A stretch of DNA of 64,000 nt, from contig CBFFRP010000071.1 of the NCBI GenBank assembly GCA_965644295.1, positions 62,001 to 126,000 on the forward strand, written 5' to 3'. The DNA is from Paraphysomonas bandaiensis (Eukaryota; Protista; Chrysophyceae). Below, piece after piece: positions 1 to 16,279 of this stretch (position 1 is the stretch's first letter; each line of letters opens with the position of its first letter). A program made the translations under genes and the position numbers. The notes beneath the pieces were generated by a model that did no database searches, had not been told where the DNA came from, and saw only the letters and a list, made by a program, of their open reading frames with translations.

Positions 1-40
1 CCATCTGTAGAAACTTTCGAGGGATATTCTTCAAGTATGA

Positions 41-1528
<1,488 letters not shown>

Positions 1529-2988
1529 GCTTTTGATCTATCCCGTTGGCATACTATGACTCCGCGTTAAGTTTGTTTCATTTCTCGAGGTATAGACATT
1601 TATTACTTGTGCATGGTTATATCTTCATTATCCTAATTCCTAATTAATCAAATTTGTTATCAAAGCCATGAAATAAGTAATTGTTACGAAGAAATTTATC
1701 CAGTAGCACCCTATGTTCTATGTTATCTAGTAGCTACCCTTATTTAAGGATGTATAAAATATAATAGTTCTCTTCGATGTCTATTTACATATTGCTTTTT
1801 CTTAACGAAATATTAATTACTCCTTTGTGACTTACATGTCCTATGTAGTTTATGAGAATGGTATGTGTGCGTATTATTACAATTGTCTAGGTGTAAGTTG
1901 CTATAGTAATAGTGTAATAGTTAAGTAAGAGCGATCAACTATTGTCAATATAGTACTCTTTTTGGTCAATTTTATCAACATTAAGTTAATGTGGAATATT
2001 TTTCACACTTTACTCTTTACTTTACATTTTACATAAGCTACAAATCTATTATTTTATGTAACACAAACAGTAGAAGTTTCCAACATCTAACAAAGCACAT
2101 TTCACTCTACTTGAAATAATATATATCTGATTATTGCTAACTGTAGTCATCTGTTGCCCTTCCTTATAGACTCACACAGGATCCCTTAGTGATATTTTCC
2201 CTGTAATACAATGTCTGTATCGACAGGAAAAGCAACAGAAGAGTGAGATCATCACACGGATAATCAAACACTACTGTCCATACTGAATATTGTAGAGATT
2301 TTTACCGCACGCCTTGTCAATCGTGAAAGGACAGTGTCTGTAGGCAACTAATGAGGGTGCAGATGCTCTTCGCGCCTGAACGAACTTGCCCATGCAAAGC
2401 GTATAAGCATCTTATCGGGGAATGCAAAATATCGGTTAACCATGGATATATTATGCTTTGACGTCTGCCTGAAGGACATGCCTCTGCATGATACAATCAT
2501 TGCATGAGAGATGAGTTGCAATTGCAGTATCTATTGCAGTGTTTGGATATGGCGGTATACCATACAGCAGCAGGACGGTATGGAGGTATGATGAGGGTGT
2601 GTTTGGAATTCCGAATATCTTGCTTTTTTTTCCCTCAGCACGTACAGATATACACACCAGCAGCAGTACACCATACATGCCCAGTTGCACTAGGTCAAAA
2701 TTTCGTTTTTTGGTATGTATCATATACAGTCGTTTTTGAAATGGTATGTTTGGATGGATGTATGCCTGTACCTGCATGTGTATATTCACTGACAGATTTT
2801 CAGTTGAATAATAAATTATTCGATCCGGGTGAAGTGAGGAAGTGTATGGGAAGTCACTGTATTTAATTGAAGTGAGTGTCCCTTGAAGCTATATCGTTTA
2901 TTCCACGCAGTTGTGTGTGTTTCCGGCTATTAGATTACAGTATATTACATACTAATATATTCACATTAAACCATATCGATAAGTCCTC

Positions 2989-5900
2989 ATGCGACCTCTC
3001 AGTCAACACGATGAAGATGAAGATGAAGGAGGGAAGGTAGAGATGGGTCTTCTACATGGAAGCCCTCGTCGCAGCGTGTCTCAGATGCCTGTAAGCGGCT
3101 TCTCTACCACTAGTGTATTTGCTAAGACTCCTGTGAAATCAACGGAGGGATACGAGCAGATCATGCTCCAGGAGCGATCCCTATTCCTCGCATGGTTCCT
3201 TCTCTTCGTAGTCACGAGTCCTCTTGTGTTCAGGTATGCGATGGGGTCGAATATTGTTCATGAGAAAGACACTACAACTCTTCGGCGGGTTGATAATGTT
3301 ACTCTGCATACTGTTACACATTGGGACGAGTGCATTGATTGCCAAGATGTGTTTGGAGTTACCCTCTTTAATCTCACCGTTATTGCTAATAATGTAACTT
3401 CGCCCAACCCAGACGGAAATGTTCCGAGCTTAGCTGTATTTGCATCTCAGGACTTTGACCACTGGTGAGTAATCCACCCATCTAAATCCTATTTGTAAAT
3501 TGCATTGTAGGTACAGCGTTTACGCCCCTAACAAGTTAAAGGATGCGTACATCGATACTTGGCAGTCTACTACATTTGAGATATTTAATGGTACCGGGTT
3601 TGGGTGTCTCGGCGGGGTCTATCATAATTATCTAGTTATATGCATGAACGTATTCAACATTGCTATGGAGTATAGCCTGGGTGAGAAGGTGGAGGGCCCG
3701 CCGTTCAATGACCGGTGTTTCCAGGTGGATGGAATTTGTGGTGTACCGTGTGTTTCGTCGGAAGATGCGCCCGACTTCAGGGGATGTGAGGCTGGAGTAA
3801 TCGATAAGGACATGATGGTCAGTAACGAAACGCGCACTTTTGATACAGGGCATGTGAAGAGCGAGTGGATGAGCAACGTTAATTGGGTCGAGTGGGTGGT
3901 ACTAGTGACCATATTTTTTGATACATTCGGCAACATTCTACGATTTATGCCTGTTCTATCAGGTCGTCCCACTGAGTTGGAGTCGGCCAGGAGCTGTCTT
4001 TGTGAGGGAATTAGTGTTCTCGGCTGCACAAGTCCATTCGTTTCTGAGGATGAAGCTATATTTTTGCGCAGTTTGATCGGACGGTCTGTGACGATATTTC
4101 ATACGGTAGGGGGGCGGCATAATATGCAAGGCATGTATTTGGACACTATCCTCAATGAGAAGCGAGGCAAGGGAGAGGCCAACAGGAGGTATCTCTGGTA
4201 CGCATGGATGGAGTTCCTTACCCTTCTGGCTCGGATAGGGGCGGAAGACCCTGATGACTACGATGAGGATGAAGAATATGAAGAAGAGGGTTTCTCGGAA
4301 GACGGGGATGAGTTTAATGATGACAAAAATGACAGTCGAGGAGAGAACGCAGTAGTTGGTGACAACGGTGAACAGAGCAAGGCTATTAATCGACAGACCT
4401 CCGCGGCATCGACTCATGTCAGCCACCCTAGGAAGGAGCGGAGAAGTACATTAGGTCCCCGCGCCTCCCGTGCTACCCTTTCTCAAGTTCCTGTCAACAT
4501 TCGCGGACGCTCCTCTATTGCCGATATCACCAGTATGACACAGACCTCCAACCAGCCGATTGCGGGGTCTGAGTTTGGGTCCCTGCGTGTCAACAGTGCC
4601 GAAGTGGTCAACTATGACAAGCGTGTCAGAAGCTCAACAATTGCTGGTACCAATACTGGGCCTTCTCCTTCTTTTAGGAATCACGAGATTTTCGCCCGTA
4701 TGTCACAGGCGACTCGAGCATCAGTGTCGAATCCCAGGGCGTCTGTAGGGGGCGGTCCGAAACTTCCAAATATTGCCCGGCGCATGCAGTCTATCGGCGA
4801 GGCAACTGCTGATGACCCATATGCTGAGTTTGATGATGACTTTGTTGGTGAGCCTAGGGAGATTGATCCTTTCGATGCAGAGGAAGATCTTGAATTCGAT
4901 ATGGCCGACCTACTTCCGTTGGTATGTTTTTTGGATGGATGGTTGGAGGCCATCAAGGATAAAGAGTGGACGTACAACTACCGCAAGAAAGCCGAGGCCC
5001 TGGAAAGCATATTCAATGCCGCCCCACTGGAAGTGTATTTTCAAGGAAACGACTTGCTCATGGCCCATAATTGTCTCAAGAATTTATATGATGCTTTTGT
5101 TGGCATGCAAGAGGATGAGAAGGATCATGGCATGCCAATCCATCCAGAGCTTTATGAGGAAATTAACTGGCTTATTGTTCGCCGTGGTTTGCCAGACTGG
5201 ACTGTGACGTGGTCCTATATGAGCCGCGCACGCTTGAGACCAATGTCTGACAAAGCAATGGGCAATCCACCTTTACCTCCCTGCTTATTTGAATCCACAC
5301 GCATTAAGCCAGGAGCCATCGTTTATCGCGTACCGGATGCAGACCTTCCCCCTCATGACGCCCCAGAGAACTGGTTAGCTGCGAGGTATATTTAGAATGT
5401 TGTAAAGCTAGTAGTACTAACCATGGTATAATTTGTATTTACGTTTAGGGCGGCCACCTACAAAGTGGTGAGATTCGAGCGGTCAGTAGAAGGAAGCGTT
5501 GTCAGAGTTGTCCCTTGGCCAGAGATGGATCGTCCTAATGGGGATCCCTTTGATGATCGCGACCCATCCCCTATTTGCCTCTCCCTACAGGAAATTGCTC
5601 TAATAGAGCAAAACAGAGGCAAGGCAGGTGCACTCAATGTCTACAAGGATTTTCTACGATGCAAGGCGGCCCAGTGGGTTGCAGAACAGGGAATTCCTGG
5701 ACCAGTACAAGTCTTTATGGCTATTATCGATGCGCGTCACATGCTTGCTGAACCTGAGATATTCTGGAATGATGCTCTACCCTTTTTTGCTCGCAATAAG
5801 GAATCTGGAGAAAGTGCCAAGGACTATGGTGAGATGTCAGCTGGACAGCAGTGTATAATGGTTCAGTACCCACAGTTTTTCACGAATGTAACGCGAGATG

Positions 5901-7648
5901 ATTTCTTGGATAACAAGAACAGCGCCTATTACACAATTTGGCAAACACTTCGTGACTGTGGTAAGACTATAACATCTTCCGGGACGAATGCAATTTGGTA
6001 GGTAAAGTTTGCAGTTTTATAGTTTGCCTTATTAATGGTTCACAGGGAGATCACTAACCCCACGTTTAGTTATGCAACCACTTCTCGTATCGAGGACACT
6101 GGCACGTCTCAAAAGTATATTCCCCGGTACATTGCCGTGCACCTTCCATGCTTCGTCGCATATGGTATTGCCAAGCAGACAGAGGATTATATCGAGGCCG
6201 TGTACCGATGGAGCACTGGGGCTGTGGAGCTGTTCTGGAGTACAATGTTTAGTCCGCAGTTTTCCGACTATGTTCTCATGCTTGTACTCTGTGTTGTATT
6301 TGCATTGTCGTGCTTTGGCTCGAGTGGCTTTTGGTACGTTTTGTGGATTATTGTACTTATTGCGACAGCCATTCAGGTACGCATTCAAACACAAACTGCT
6401 TTTTTTTACACCTTGATTAGGCCTCTACGGACAAAGCGAATGGTCGTCGTCCTCTCCGTCGTCCCATTGTGTCCTCTACGATTGTGATGAACACTATGTA
6501 CTGGATATCAAACCTTGTGTCAACTGTGTGGATGATTCTCATCCCGATCCGAATTGGTAACGATTATTTCTATTTTATAACCGAATAATGTTTCTTCCGC
6601 AGCTTTCTACAGCGAGGTCCCACTATCCCAATCTATTCACCGTTCTCTATTTTGGGGTTTCGCGGCTCTTCTTTTGAGAGCTCCTCCTGTGAGTGTCCTG
6701 ACTGTCTGAGGTGTATCTCCTAATATGTATGCAGGCTATCATGACTGACCGCATAGTGAATATGTGCCGATTCCTTTCTCTAAAAACTGATGACTGGAAC
6801 TACTCTATGGTCTTATGGAGATCGTCGCAGCTCTACTCCTGCTCCTTTGCTTACTCCACTCTGTCCATAATTACTGGAACAGGGAATGCATTCAAGGCTA
6901 AGTTCTTCGACCGGTACATTTCTTATTTTAGATTTTGTCGCATACCTCACTCTGTACAGTGATCTTACTATGTGGTCGTCTTTCCGTGTCAGCGATGCTG
7001 CCTTCAAAACGGTATGTATTGTGCATATTTTGAACTTATATGTAATGCAGTGAAATTATAGGCGTGGGACAAGATTGCCAGAGCGGAAAGCTTCTGCACA
7101 TGTGCCTTCTTTAACCACCTGCTGGACTACTTTAATCTGTGTTTGAAGTTAGTTCTTTGTTTGAATGCATTTCTACTTTATTAATATCTTCGTGTAGGAG
7201 TATTATTGCGTCCTTTAGTATGCCGGATGTACTGACCAAATGGTGGGCACTCTTCCTATTCACTCTACAGGTGACTGGTTTAATGACCACAACTGGGAAA
7301 CAATGTCTTACCAATTTGATCGCAGATCACATGCATATTTGTTTCTGTTAACATAACGAACGTGGGTGATACGACCGGAATATTCATCACCTTAGTCGTT
7401 TGTGGCTTGAACACCCTGCTGGTATGTGGTTTGTCAATAGTAGTATATGCTTTCATCTTCTGTATGCGCAGTGTATCGACATCACCGTCTTGTTGTTTCC
7501 GAGCATTACGCTCGTTATCGGAAGACCTGCTCGTCCGGAGTATGTCTTTGCGTTTCTCGGATGTACCGTTGTTCTCTCAGCCCTCGTCAATGGTGACACT
7601 TCCCTGCAGCAGTGGAACGAAATCGTCAAACTCAGTGTCAATTTCTAA
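2989..7648 (+). CDS. Multi-exon cellulose-synthase-like processive GT2 glycosyltransferase with divergent motifs
   Basis: Spliced in frame across short GT-AG introns (e.g. 3465-3510, 5386-5448, 5998-6045, 6377-6420, 6557-6602, 6689-6734 and about 5 more). Motifs GKAGALN, IIDARH, VQYPQFF, SGTNAIW, IEDT and AVYRWSTG, followed by multiple TM helices. Stop at 7648. Confidence 0.8.
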
Positions 7649-8289
7649 GCTCAGGATGATGTGTCTGGTATTGGGTGTATATGTGGACTGGTGTTAGATG
7701 ATTTTTCGATTGCCGTTCATCGCCCTGTGCAATCCAAAATCATTTGTTACATATGTTGCCGAGAGGTGAGTGTGTATTATTAGCTAGCCATTGGCTAGTT
7801 AATCACAATACGTGTAGTGACTATGAGGTAACGGTTGTAACTTAAAGAATTATACACGTACTCTTCGTTCTTTAAGTAGAATAAAATTATAAAGTAGGGA
7901 TACAGCTTTATTGTAGAGTAGTGAATGTTGAAAGAAACGGAAATCATGAGCATGATTCTACCTATTTCAGTAGCCTATCACCATAGTGTCAAATTTGCTG
8001 GATAGGCTAACACTGACAAACTATAAACCCTTCCTAAAACTATATCATACTTCTAATACTCCCTGTAGCTCTGTAGACACGATATTTCAGCTGAGTATCT
8101 ATCAACAAACTGAAGTAACCGATATAAATTATATATTATACTTGCATTATCACTGTTAGGAAAGCAGAGCGAAAGAAACAGGATGTTGATACCTGAAATC
8201 AAACGCTGAGGAAAACATATTTGCGATTGGTTTTAACCACTCTCATCAACAATCAACACAGCACAAAAAAGCGAAAAGCACTGTTGATA

Positions 8290-10300
8290 TGTACGAAAAA
8301 AACGTAACAGTCAATTCTGACTCGACTAAAATGAAGTCTGTGAATTCATATGACAACACTCTCACACTCACAGTGACCCAATCACAGGACAGAATAATGT
8401 GCAGGTAACTTCATTATATTCGATTTATTCTTATATACTTAAAGATATCTCCAAAGCAGAGTAGATCCAATACAAAAGAGCGCACAGAAAAGGCTGCACG
8501 ACAAGCCAAAATTAGGGTTGAGTCGATGATCGAAGAAGCTTCAAAATCTGTGGAAGGGGATTGATTCGAGTCATGAATCGTTTCATTTGCCAGATTCAGA
8601 CCTTCTCAGTCAATATCCAACGTGTAAGCGCGACGATCAACCCTCCTGAGTTGCTCAAGTTTGTTACAAATGCACTTGTCACGACAATTGCCCGAGATTT
8701 CTGAGCATCTCGTTTACAACAAACGGGACTCTGTGCTGTTAGCTGTGCGTAAGATATACAAGATGCTTGCTATTTGAATTCGTATTCATGACGAACAGTT
8801 CGTGTTTACTGGTGTCCAGAAGAAGGTCCATCCACTGCGTTCACGACTGGAGTAATACCAAAAAGAGATCAGAAGATATTACCCTACGATTTCGTCATTG
8901 GGCATACAATTTGCCAAAATTCTCACTGCCGACTTTACGTTTTACAAGAAGCTCTACTCTAAAGATATCTCCTTGAAGTTTAGAAGTATCCTTAGCAAAG
9001 CAATTTCATGCGTTGACACGACTGGTGCAACACGGAGTATATATGTGAGGCAATGGAATGGGTTAGAAGCAAGTAATTGTGCACGCTCATAAGAAAGATG
9101 GGAAGCAGTACACAGCGTTAAGTAATGCATACACGTGGCGGGCAACCAAGGTCTCGATATGTCTGTGTGTGATGACTATTCCAAGCTGTTTTATGCCTAT
9201 GATGGATACAACAAGCAAATCAAACACAGGGTATGTCCACACAGGAATGGTGCAATGACCTTTTGGGTGAGGTGGGCAAGCATAGTTCGTTGATATTCGG
9301 TTGTATAATTCGAAACACTGTCAGCGCATATCGTCATATAATGTATGTTGATTCAGAAGATTTGGAGTCTTTTAGACATTGTCAAACTCTAGCAAACGAT
9401 TGGTATCTGCATGCAAGCACACTCTCTGATAGTACTATTCAGTAGAGTAATACAATAAGTTTAATTCAGTTGGACGTAAATATATTACTTCTTATAAGTG
9501 TGATTAATGTGTGTGGTTAAGACTAACTCTATACTCTATATATGTACACTACTACTCTTAATATAGTATACATATGCAACTACCAGATATATCGTACTGA
9601 TATGAAGAGATGCCTGAACAATGAATGCATGCAAAAGTAGTAATATTGACAGCTGTGTATGAAGTCTGGTTGTATGATGGTTCAGAATGGTTCTTACAAC
9701 AATTCGAAGAACCACACTATAACACGTAGAATCAGGAAGAGTCAATTAAAAAGTATTCACGGGCTGTCTGCACCACTGATCCCATGGATGGTTTCGTTTT
9801 TCAACCTTCAGATTAAGAGAAGAACATTAATGAATGGGAAAGTGGTAGCGTATAAAGATCCTGTGTCAAGAATCAAAGGCTTACCTAATGTAGCGACTGA
9901 TATTATTACTACTGCTCGACAGATTTCCGATATCAAAACTCTTGTAGACGACTTGACAATATATCTCCGTTCTGACAGCGATGGCAGCGATACAGGATTA
10001 TTAAGCTGCTGTTGGCTATGCGGAGAAATAATTCATCCAGCTCAAACAAATGAGAAACGAAACGTCAGGTGCACGAGTCACGTAGTTAGTAGTTTCAATA
10101 CATGTGAACGCATGTTTAGAGCAGCTCAAGTATGCATCTTACTACACTTAATATGATGCTGTTTCTGAAAACTAATCAGTACTAGAGGAAGGATGCATGC
10201 ATATGTCAATTACTATGGAATGGATGCTCCCATGATGTATCGCTCTTTGGCCTACCTGAAATCGACTACTGGGAGTGGCATGGAGTCAGTGTGTTGAAAC
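8290..10300 (+). pseudogene. Decayed coding-like sequence, probable mobile-element or gene relic
   Basis: Short protein-like fragments interrupted by stops and frameshifts (e.g. YKDPVSRIKGLPN...CWLCGEIIHP). No family recognised. Confidence 0.3.
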
Positions 10301-10889
10301 TCCACTTCATTGTCTCAACTGAAAACAGAACAGTCTCTTCCTTGTCATCGTAATTAGAAATCCATCATACGGCAATTAGTGTCATACATACACATACATA
10401 CATGCATACATACATACATGCAGGGGGCTGCTGTGGACAGTGCGTGTGTATGTATAGCATACGCATACAGCATCATCAGCAAGCCATTAGCCGATAGTAT
10501 CAATAGATGGTCTCAAGAGGCACTGCACATAGTCCTCCATCCTCCTTCTAGACACTCGTAGCATTAGTAGCAGCCCTCGATCATATATATGGACATGTGT
10601 ATGTATGTATGTGAGTGTTGATCAAGTCAACACAGCAGAGTGGCCATGTATACTGTATGTACAGGGGCATCTACAGTACAGAAAACACAGTATTTTTAGA
10701 AACAAAAATCATAAAGTTAAGAAATTTCACTGAAAAGTCCTTTAGAAAAAGCCCTTTTACCACTTCGCTCTTTCAGTGACAGTGAAGTGAAAGTATGTGA
10801 ATGTGTGTATGTTATGACTGTCTATGCAGTCGTGTTCACAGCCCTCCTCTCTATGTATGTATGCATGTATGTATGTATGCATAGAGTGA

Positions 10890-12069
10890 ATGTCCATCTG
10901 TAGCAGATTGTTTATCGTATCAGCAAATCATTCACACTTGCGCTTAATTCAACGGCTCAATCCTCTGATCTCCTCATCCTCTTGTTACTTCCACTCCTCA
11001 GCTGCTCGATACACTGACTATACACATCTATCGGCTATGGATTGTAACAACAACATCGTATGGCTGGATGAGGTTACCTCTACCATGGAGAAGGTAGGGT
11101 TGATACGCATGCATATGTATGGCCTCTATGTGTGCTGTTTTATCATCTACATCTCCTGTACAGGCTAGAGAAGTTGCCATGGATAACAACTTCGGGAAGG
11201 TACTGACTGTGGTTGCAAATAAGCAAACGAAAGGGCGTGGTACTCAGGGGAGGGGGTGGATGTCCCCCCATGGGAATTTGTTTATGACAATCGGGTTTAA
11301 TCTATCCACTGTCCCGATTCCTCTCACCCTGACACCACTAAGGTGCTACACTTGTCCAATTCTTCATCATCTAATTTATTGCACTATAGAATAGGATGCA
11401 TTATTGTTACAGCTATTGAGAGAATTCTCCAGTCGGAGGGTTCGACAAGTAAGATATACCTAAAGTGGCCGAATGATGTGTTAATAGGTGATGGGAAGGT
11501 GGGTTTTCACTTTCCAGTTAGTTTATTTGTGTGTGTGTGTTTACTTTGTATATTTATTTGCTTCTCTCAGGTGAGCGGAGTACTCATAGAGATAGAAGGC
11601 GGTGTTATGCTTGTAGGAATCGGATGCAATGTAGCCATGGCCCCAGCTGTTGCAAAAGAGGGGCCCGATAATGGCCGAGACTCGACTTGTTTGACTGCCC
11701 ACATACCGACTTCTGATGCACATAATCCCATGCACTGGAGAGACACACTAGTCCGAAATATTGTCGCCCTTACTCAGGAATGGCTGGATAGTTCCAGTGA
11801 TAGTGCTGAAAGGGTAGTGCAGGAGTTCCAGCAGCGGATGAGCTTTTCAGTGCAAAAAATGCGGAAAGACAGACTAAGTGCAGTAAGTGGGGATGACTCT
11901 ATGTCTACCATGGTTGACGTCCTCCCGTTGCGACTAAACTTAGATGGAACTCTGCAGGTGTTGTATATCCTACTCTTGGAAGCCCCTTAGATTAAGTTTA
12001 TTTGATATGTAGGTGTTGCACGTTGCCTCTAACACTGAGAGAACACTGGCTGCAGAGTACTTATGGTAG
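10890..12069 (+). CDS. Biotin-protein ligase (BirA/BPL type) with a probable mitochondrial presequence
   Basis: Spliced motifs STMEK, ANKQTKGRGTQGRGWMSP, LKWPNDV, KVSGVLIE, VGIGCN. Last exon ends ...LAAEYLW* at 12069. N-terminus is Arg/Ser-rich and lacks acidic residues. Confidence 0.9.
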
Positions 12070-12953
12070 TGCGTAGATTTAGTCGTGAAATTCCCTTGTT
12101 TATATAGTATTGTCCTGGCTGCCGTCGTAATGTGGTTTGGCATTGGCTTTCTCTAGTCATTCTTGTATCCATATGTGAACAGATTGCTAATTCGAAGTTT
12201 TCTATCATTTACGGTTTATGCGTCATTGATGCATTTGTAGATTGCTATAGTTTCCTCCTTTTGAAACTGTCATGTTGTACCATTTTGTAATCATCCACCA
12301 ATTTACACCTCTACGCTTACAGGTTTTATCATGATTATCAATGTGCGACTATGAACTTCGAAATCGTTTATCACGTACAGATTGAAGAGCAGTCTCACAC
12401 CATAAATCTATAGATAGGCAGTGCATTATAGTTTTCATTATCTATTTTACTTCAATACTAATGTATAATCTGGAGCCTATGTGATATAAAGATTCATACA
12501 ACATGCCACATCATGTGTCCTATGATTGTAACAATTGTCTGCATGTCAGCATACTCATGCAATATGACACTGTACTCATATGTCCGCATATAGTTACATA
12601 TGCTCCCAACAATATCGTACACGTTTTACATCGTATATAGTCTTCAGTATTCATTATTCAGTGTGACCATAAACTCAAAGGTTAAAAACAATTAGACTGC
12701 AAACATATAAAACTAAAAAACGAAAAGGTACTCGTGAAAGTGGAAAAACAAACGAACAAGAAGATTATACTGTCAACTTCTCGCTGCTGTCGAGAAACAG
12801 CGTAACACCCTTTATATGATACGGTCCTTATAGATACACATATACCACCAAAAACAGCAATGGGAGTACCCCCCGTTTTCCTATTTTTCTGTTTAGTATG
12901 TGATATTATTAGGATTAAATGGGGACGGCGGGTTACAATCTCTCAGAACTAAT

Positions 12954-13087
12954 AGTAGATTTAATAATGAATTCACTCATCAGAATCTACCAAGGTGCAT
13001 ATAAACTGCTGAGGCAAATATATGGCTCTGTAAAGTAAATATGCAGCCGTGTAGGTTCTGATGAATAAATTCACTATGAAATCTACT
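12954..13087. mobile_element. Small MITE-like inverted repeat
   Basis: agtagatttaataatgaattcactcatcagaatctac pairs imperfectly with gtaggttctgatgaataaattcactatgaaatctact. Confidence 0.6.
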
Positions 13088-13248
13088 TGAAGGCATGCGT
13101 TACTGGGACGAGTCATTGGTCAAGGTTTGGGTGATATTCCTGCATGATTACAGCAGAAAATAGATGAAATTATGTTTGCATTGCAGGCAGATCAATACAA
13201 TGGTATGTTCCTATACACTTCGAACTAAGATCCTAAAGATATGGACGG

Positions 13249-13399
13249 TCATGTGGATATGCATGCTGGGGACGATGGCTGGCCCTGGCACTGACACCCG
13301 GGACAGCGGGACAATGTCAGTCCCATACCCGGGTACACCATCAGCGACACCCGGGACAGCGGGACACTCTGTCTGTCATACATGATTATGTCTACATGA
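13249..13399. repeat. GC-rich insert with an internal direct repeat and weak inverted ends
   Basis: gacacccgggacagcgggaca occurs twice; tcatgtggatat...atgtctacatga are imperfect inverted termini. Confidence 0.4.
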
Positions 13400-13659
13400 T
13401 ACGAGTGTGTGTACTGTTGTATGTATTCGTAATAAAAATATGGGATTTTCGTGTTTCTTCCGAATAAATAAAGGATTTTATAATACAAGTTGTGTTTTTT
13501 CCAATCTAAAATAGAAATAATGTGATTTTTATACATGTGTTGCAAAGTCGAGTATTGTACCTGCACATACGTACCTGCGAGCCTGGTGTCTGTATTCGCT
13601 ATGCACTTTGTACTGTATAATGTACCTGTACATACGTACCTGTGTATATATCTGTATAG

Positions 13660-14797
13660 ATGGTTGTGGTTGGCTTGAGTGAGTGTCTGTGTGGGTATGT
13701 ATGTAAGCATCATCTGGCTGATCTTCTCATCATCTACAGGGAGGGAGCGAGAGAGGAGAGTGATATGGAGTGCAGTGATATGAGTGATGGTGATCGTCAT
13801 AAGAGGAATGTGGAGGACTATCTGAAGCTGAAGGCAGGAGCTCGACTAGACGGCAGGTACACATACACACACATACATACATACACACACACACATACAT
13901 ACACACACACAGATACACACAGATATGTATATGTATGTATAGAGAGATGTGTGTATAATGAGAGTGTATGTACACAGGTGTCACATGTGTTGGCACTCAG
14001 ATGCTAACTGCATATGCGGTAAGCTTCCCTCTATCAGCTTCAGTGACGGCTTGCGTGTGATCGTCTACATGGACTCCAAGGAGATGTATAACGCTGGCGA
14101 TGACGCGAAGCTCCTCCTCTGTGCATGTCCCCAGCAGACTAAGAGATTCATATATGCTTTAGAGGACGACGAGTTAGTGGCTCATCTAGGTACCCCATGA
14201 CCCCAGCATCCTCATCTGTTTTAATGACTGTGTTTGACAAGAGCAGAGAGTGTGGACCACAGAGATGTAGTCGTTCTCTTTCCTAGCAAGTTTGCGATTT
14301 CTTTTCCTGAGTGGATTGAATCTATTCAACAAGAGAGAATGGTTGGATCATCAGATACTAATTCTAATATTCCTTCCCGCTCCCCGCTGACCGTAATTGT
14401 GGTGGACGCTGTTTGGAGACATGCCCGACGAATGGCAACCAGGTTGCGGGAGAGATTACCAGATATACGCCATGTGCAACTGACTCCGGAGCAGATGTCT
14501 GTGTATGCGAGGAAACAGAGCCAGCCAGACAGGATATGTACTGTGGAGGCTGCTGCACTCTTTCTCTCTCTGTATGGAGAAGAGGAGAGTACAACGGATG
14601 CAATGGTGCAGTGCGTAAAAATAAATAATGAAGCAATTCGTCCTCCCTCAAATAAGGCTACAGCACATCCGGAGCTCGCGCCCCTTTATTCTAAAGATGT
14701 CCCGCATCCTGCATGGTACTTTGGACGATATTTCTATAGACAGCCCGACAGTAGGAACGCAAAAAAAACACCGAAGAAAAATCGTAAATACTTGTAG
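13660..14797 (+). CDS. DTW-domain protein (TapT/DTWD2-like tRNA aminocarboxypropyltransferase family)
   Basis: Zn-knuckle RCHMCWHSDANCIC after intron 13857-13977, then YMDSKE, VLFP, VDAVWRHARRM, RKQSQPDRICTVEA. Start codon uncertain. Confidence 0.8.
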
Positions 14798-16279
14798 TAG
14801 CCAGTTTTTAATAATAGTGGAAGTATTACTTTTTCTCTTATAGATGAGAGTAGAATTGCGTTATAACTATGACATAATTTGTATAGACTTTACTATGTAT
14901 GCAGAACGTATATCTTATATGTATATTTAGGTCACAGGATTAGTGATAAGCAACCAATTAATTTCGAAACCAATCATAACGTATAGGGGTATACCAACGA
15001 AGGTTGCTTATTTACTACAATCTCTATACCGGTGTACCGTTTAGGGGTACGCCAACTAAAACAGTACGCTTGGAATTTGGAATATATATCAAAAGAATTA
15101 TTGTTCGAAGAATTTTGTAATAACGAATTGGTAGATGGGAACAACAAAAAGAAGTGGGTTTGTTTATTAATAAGTTAATAAAAACTTGATTGAACTACCT
15201 ACCACCAGAAGTACTCTTAGAAGACATATTTTCAGAAGTATTGTCATCAGATCCAGAACCGCTTATCGCACCATGAAAAGGCTACACAATTCTAAAAGTA
15301 CGGCTGGTGTGTTTTTTTTAAACAAAATCCAGTTATTGCAATTCAAAATATTTTCCTAAATATTTTCTGAATGACTCGCGACTACGACCAGTCATTGTGA
15401 TGAATAAATACTGTCCGATTCTGGATTCTATTCACGGTTCCTGTTCGAATTGGACATTTCACTGAAGTTAACTTTTCTCTACACGTAAACCTTAATCTTG
15501 CTATGTTGAACACAATGCACTTTCACGTAAGAAATTATGATTATTATTCTGAACACTCCACTACATATTCGTGTAACATATGTTGAAACATCTGTTCTTA
15601 GCAACATCTGTTTATCTTATGTTCATCAGTCAGTTCTATATCTTGTATAGTCACACATCAGTAACTGAATTTAATTCCTTTGTAACTATATTCACCCGTT
15701 ACACCTATGAGTTGACTTTACCTATTGCACACTGTTAACTCACTTCAATTGCACAATATATATCTCATCATATTGCAGAACTCAACAGTTCCAGCATCGG
15801 CATCATCTCCATATCATGATAACTTCAAACCCCATGAACTTGCATACCGTCTGGACGACGCAGGTTATATAAAAACTATCTTCGTTGTTCAAATCTGAAT
15901 GAAAATGTTAAATAAATAATAATGAGATAAGAGCATACCTTGGGTAGCAGATGTTGGGGCGGTGGCACTCAAAACAAAGAATGACAACAAACCAGATTAA
16001 AGTTAGAGCATACGTGCAGCATGCCTTGTCTGTCAACTACACCGTAAATAGCGCTTACTGTATAAAACACGAAAGAAACACATTGTAAGGAAATAAATGC
16101 ACATATATAGCAAATGTATAACAATATAATCATTTTCAATAATGACAGGAGGGTTACATTACTTTACATACAGGTCATTGGGGTGGTTGAAACTTAAGAA
16201 ACTGAACGTTGAACTCACTCAATGCAACGGCTACAGTATATGTATAATTATAATCAACATTTCCCGTCATTCTCAACGA

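Noticed and set aside
8-35. Possible heat-shock element upstream of polyubiquitin
   Set aside because: The GAA/TTC spacing does not fit nGAAnnTTCn, and the window edge truncates the context.
15150-15900. Coding-like minus-strand fragments (also 2150-2870)
   Set aside because: They are interrupted by stops and show no recognisable motif, so they cannot be assigned.
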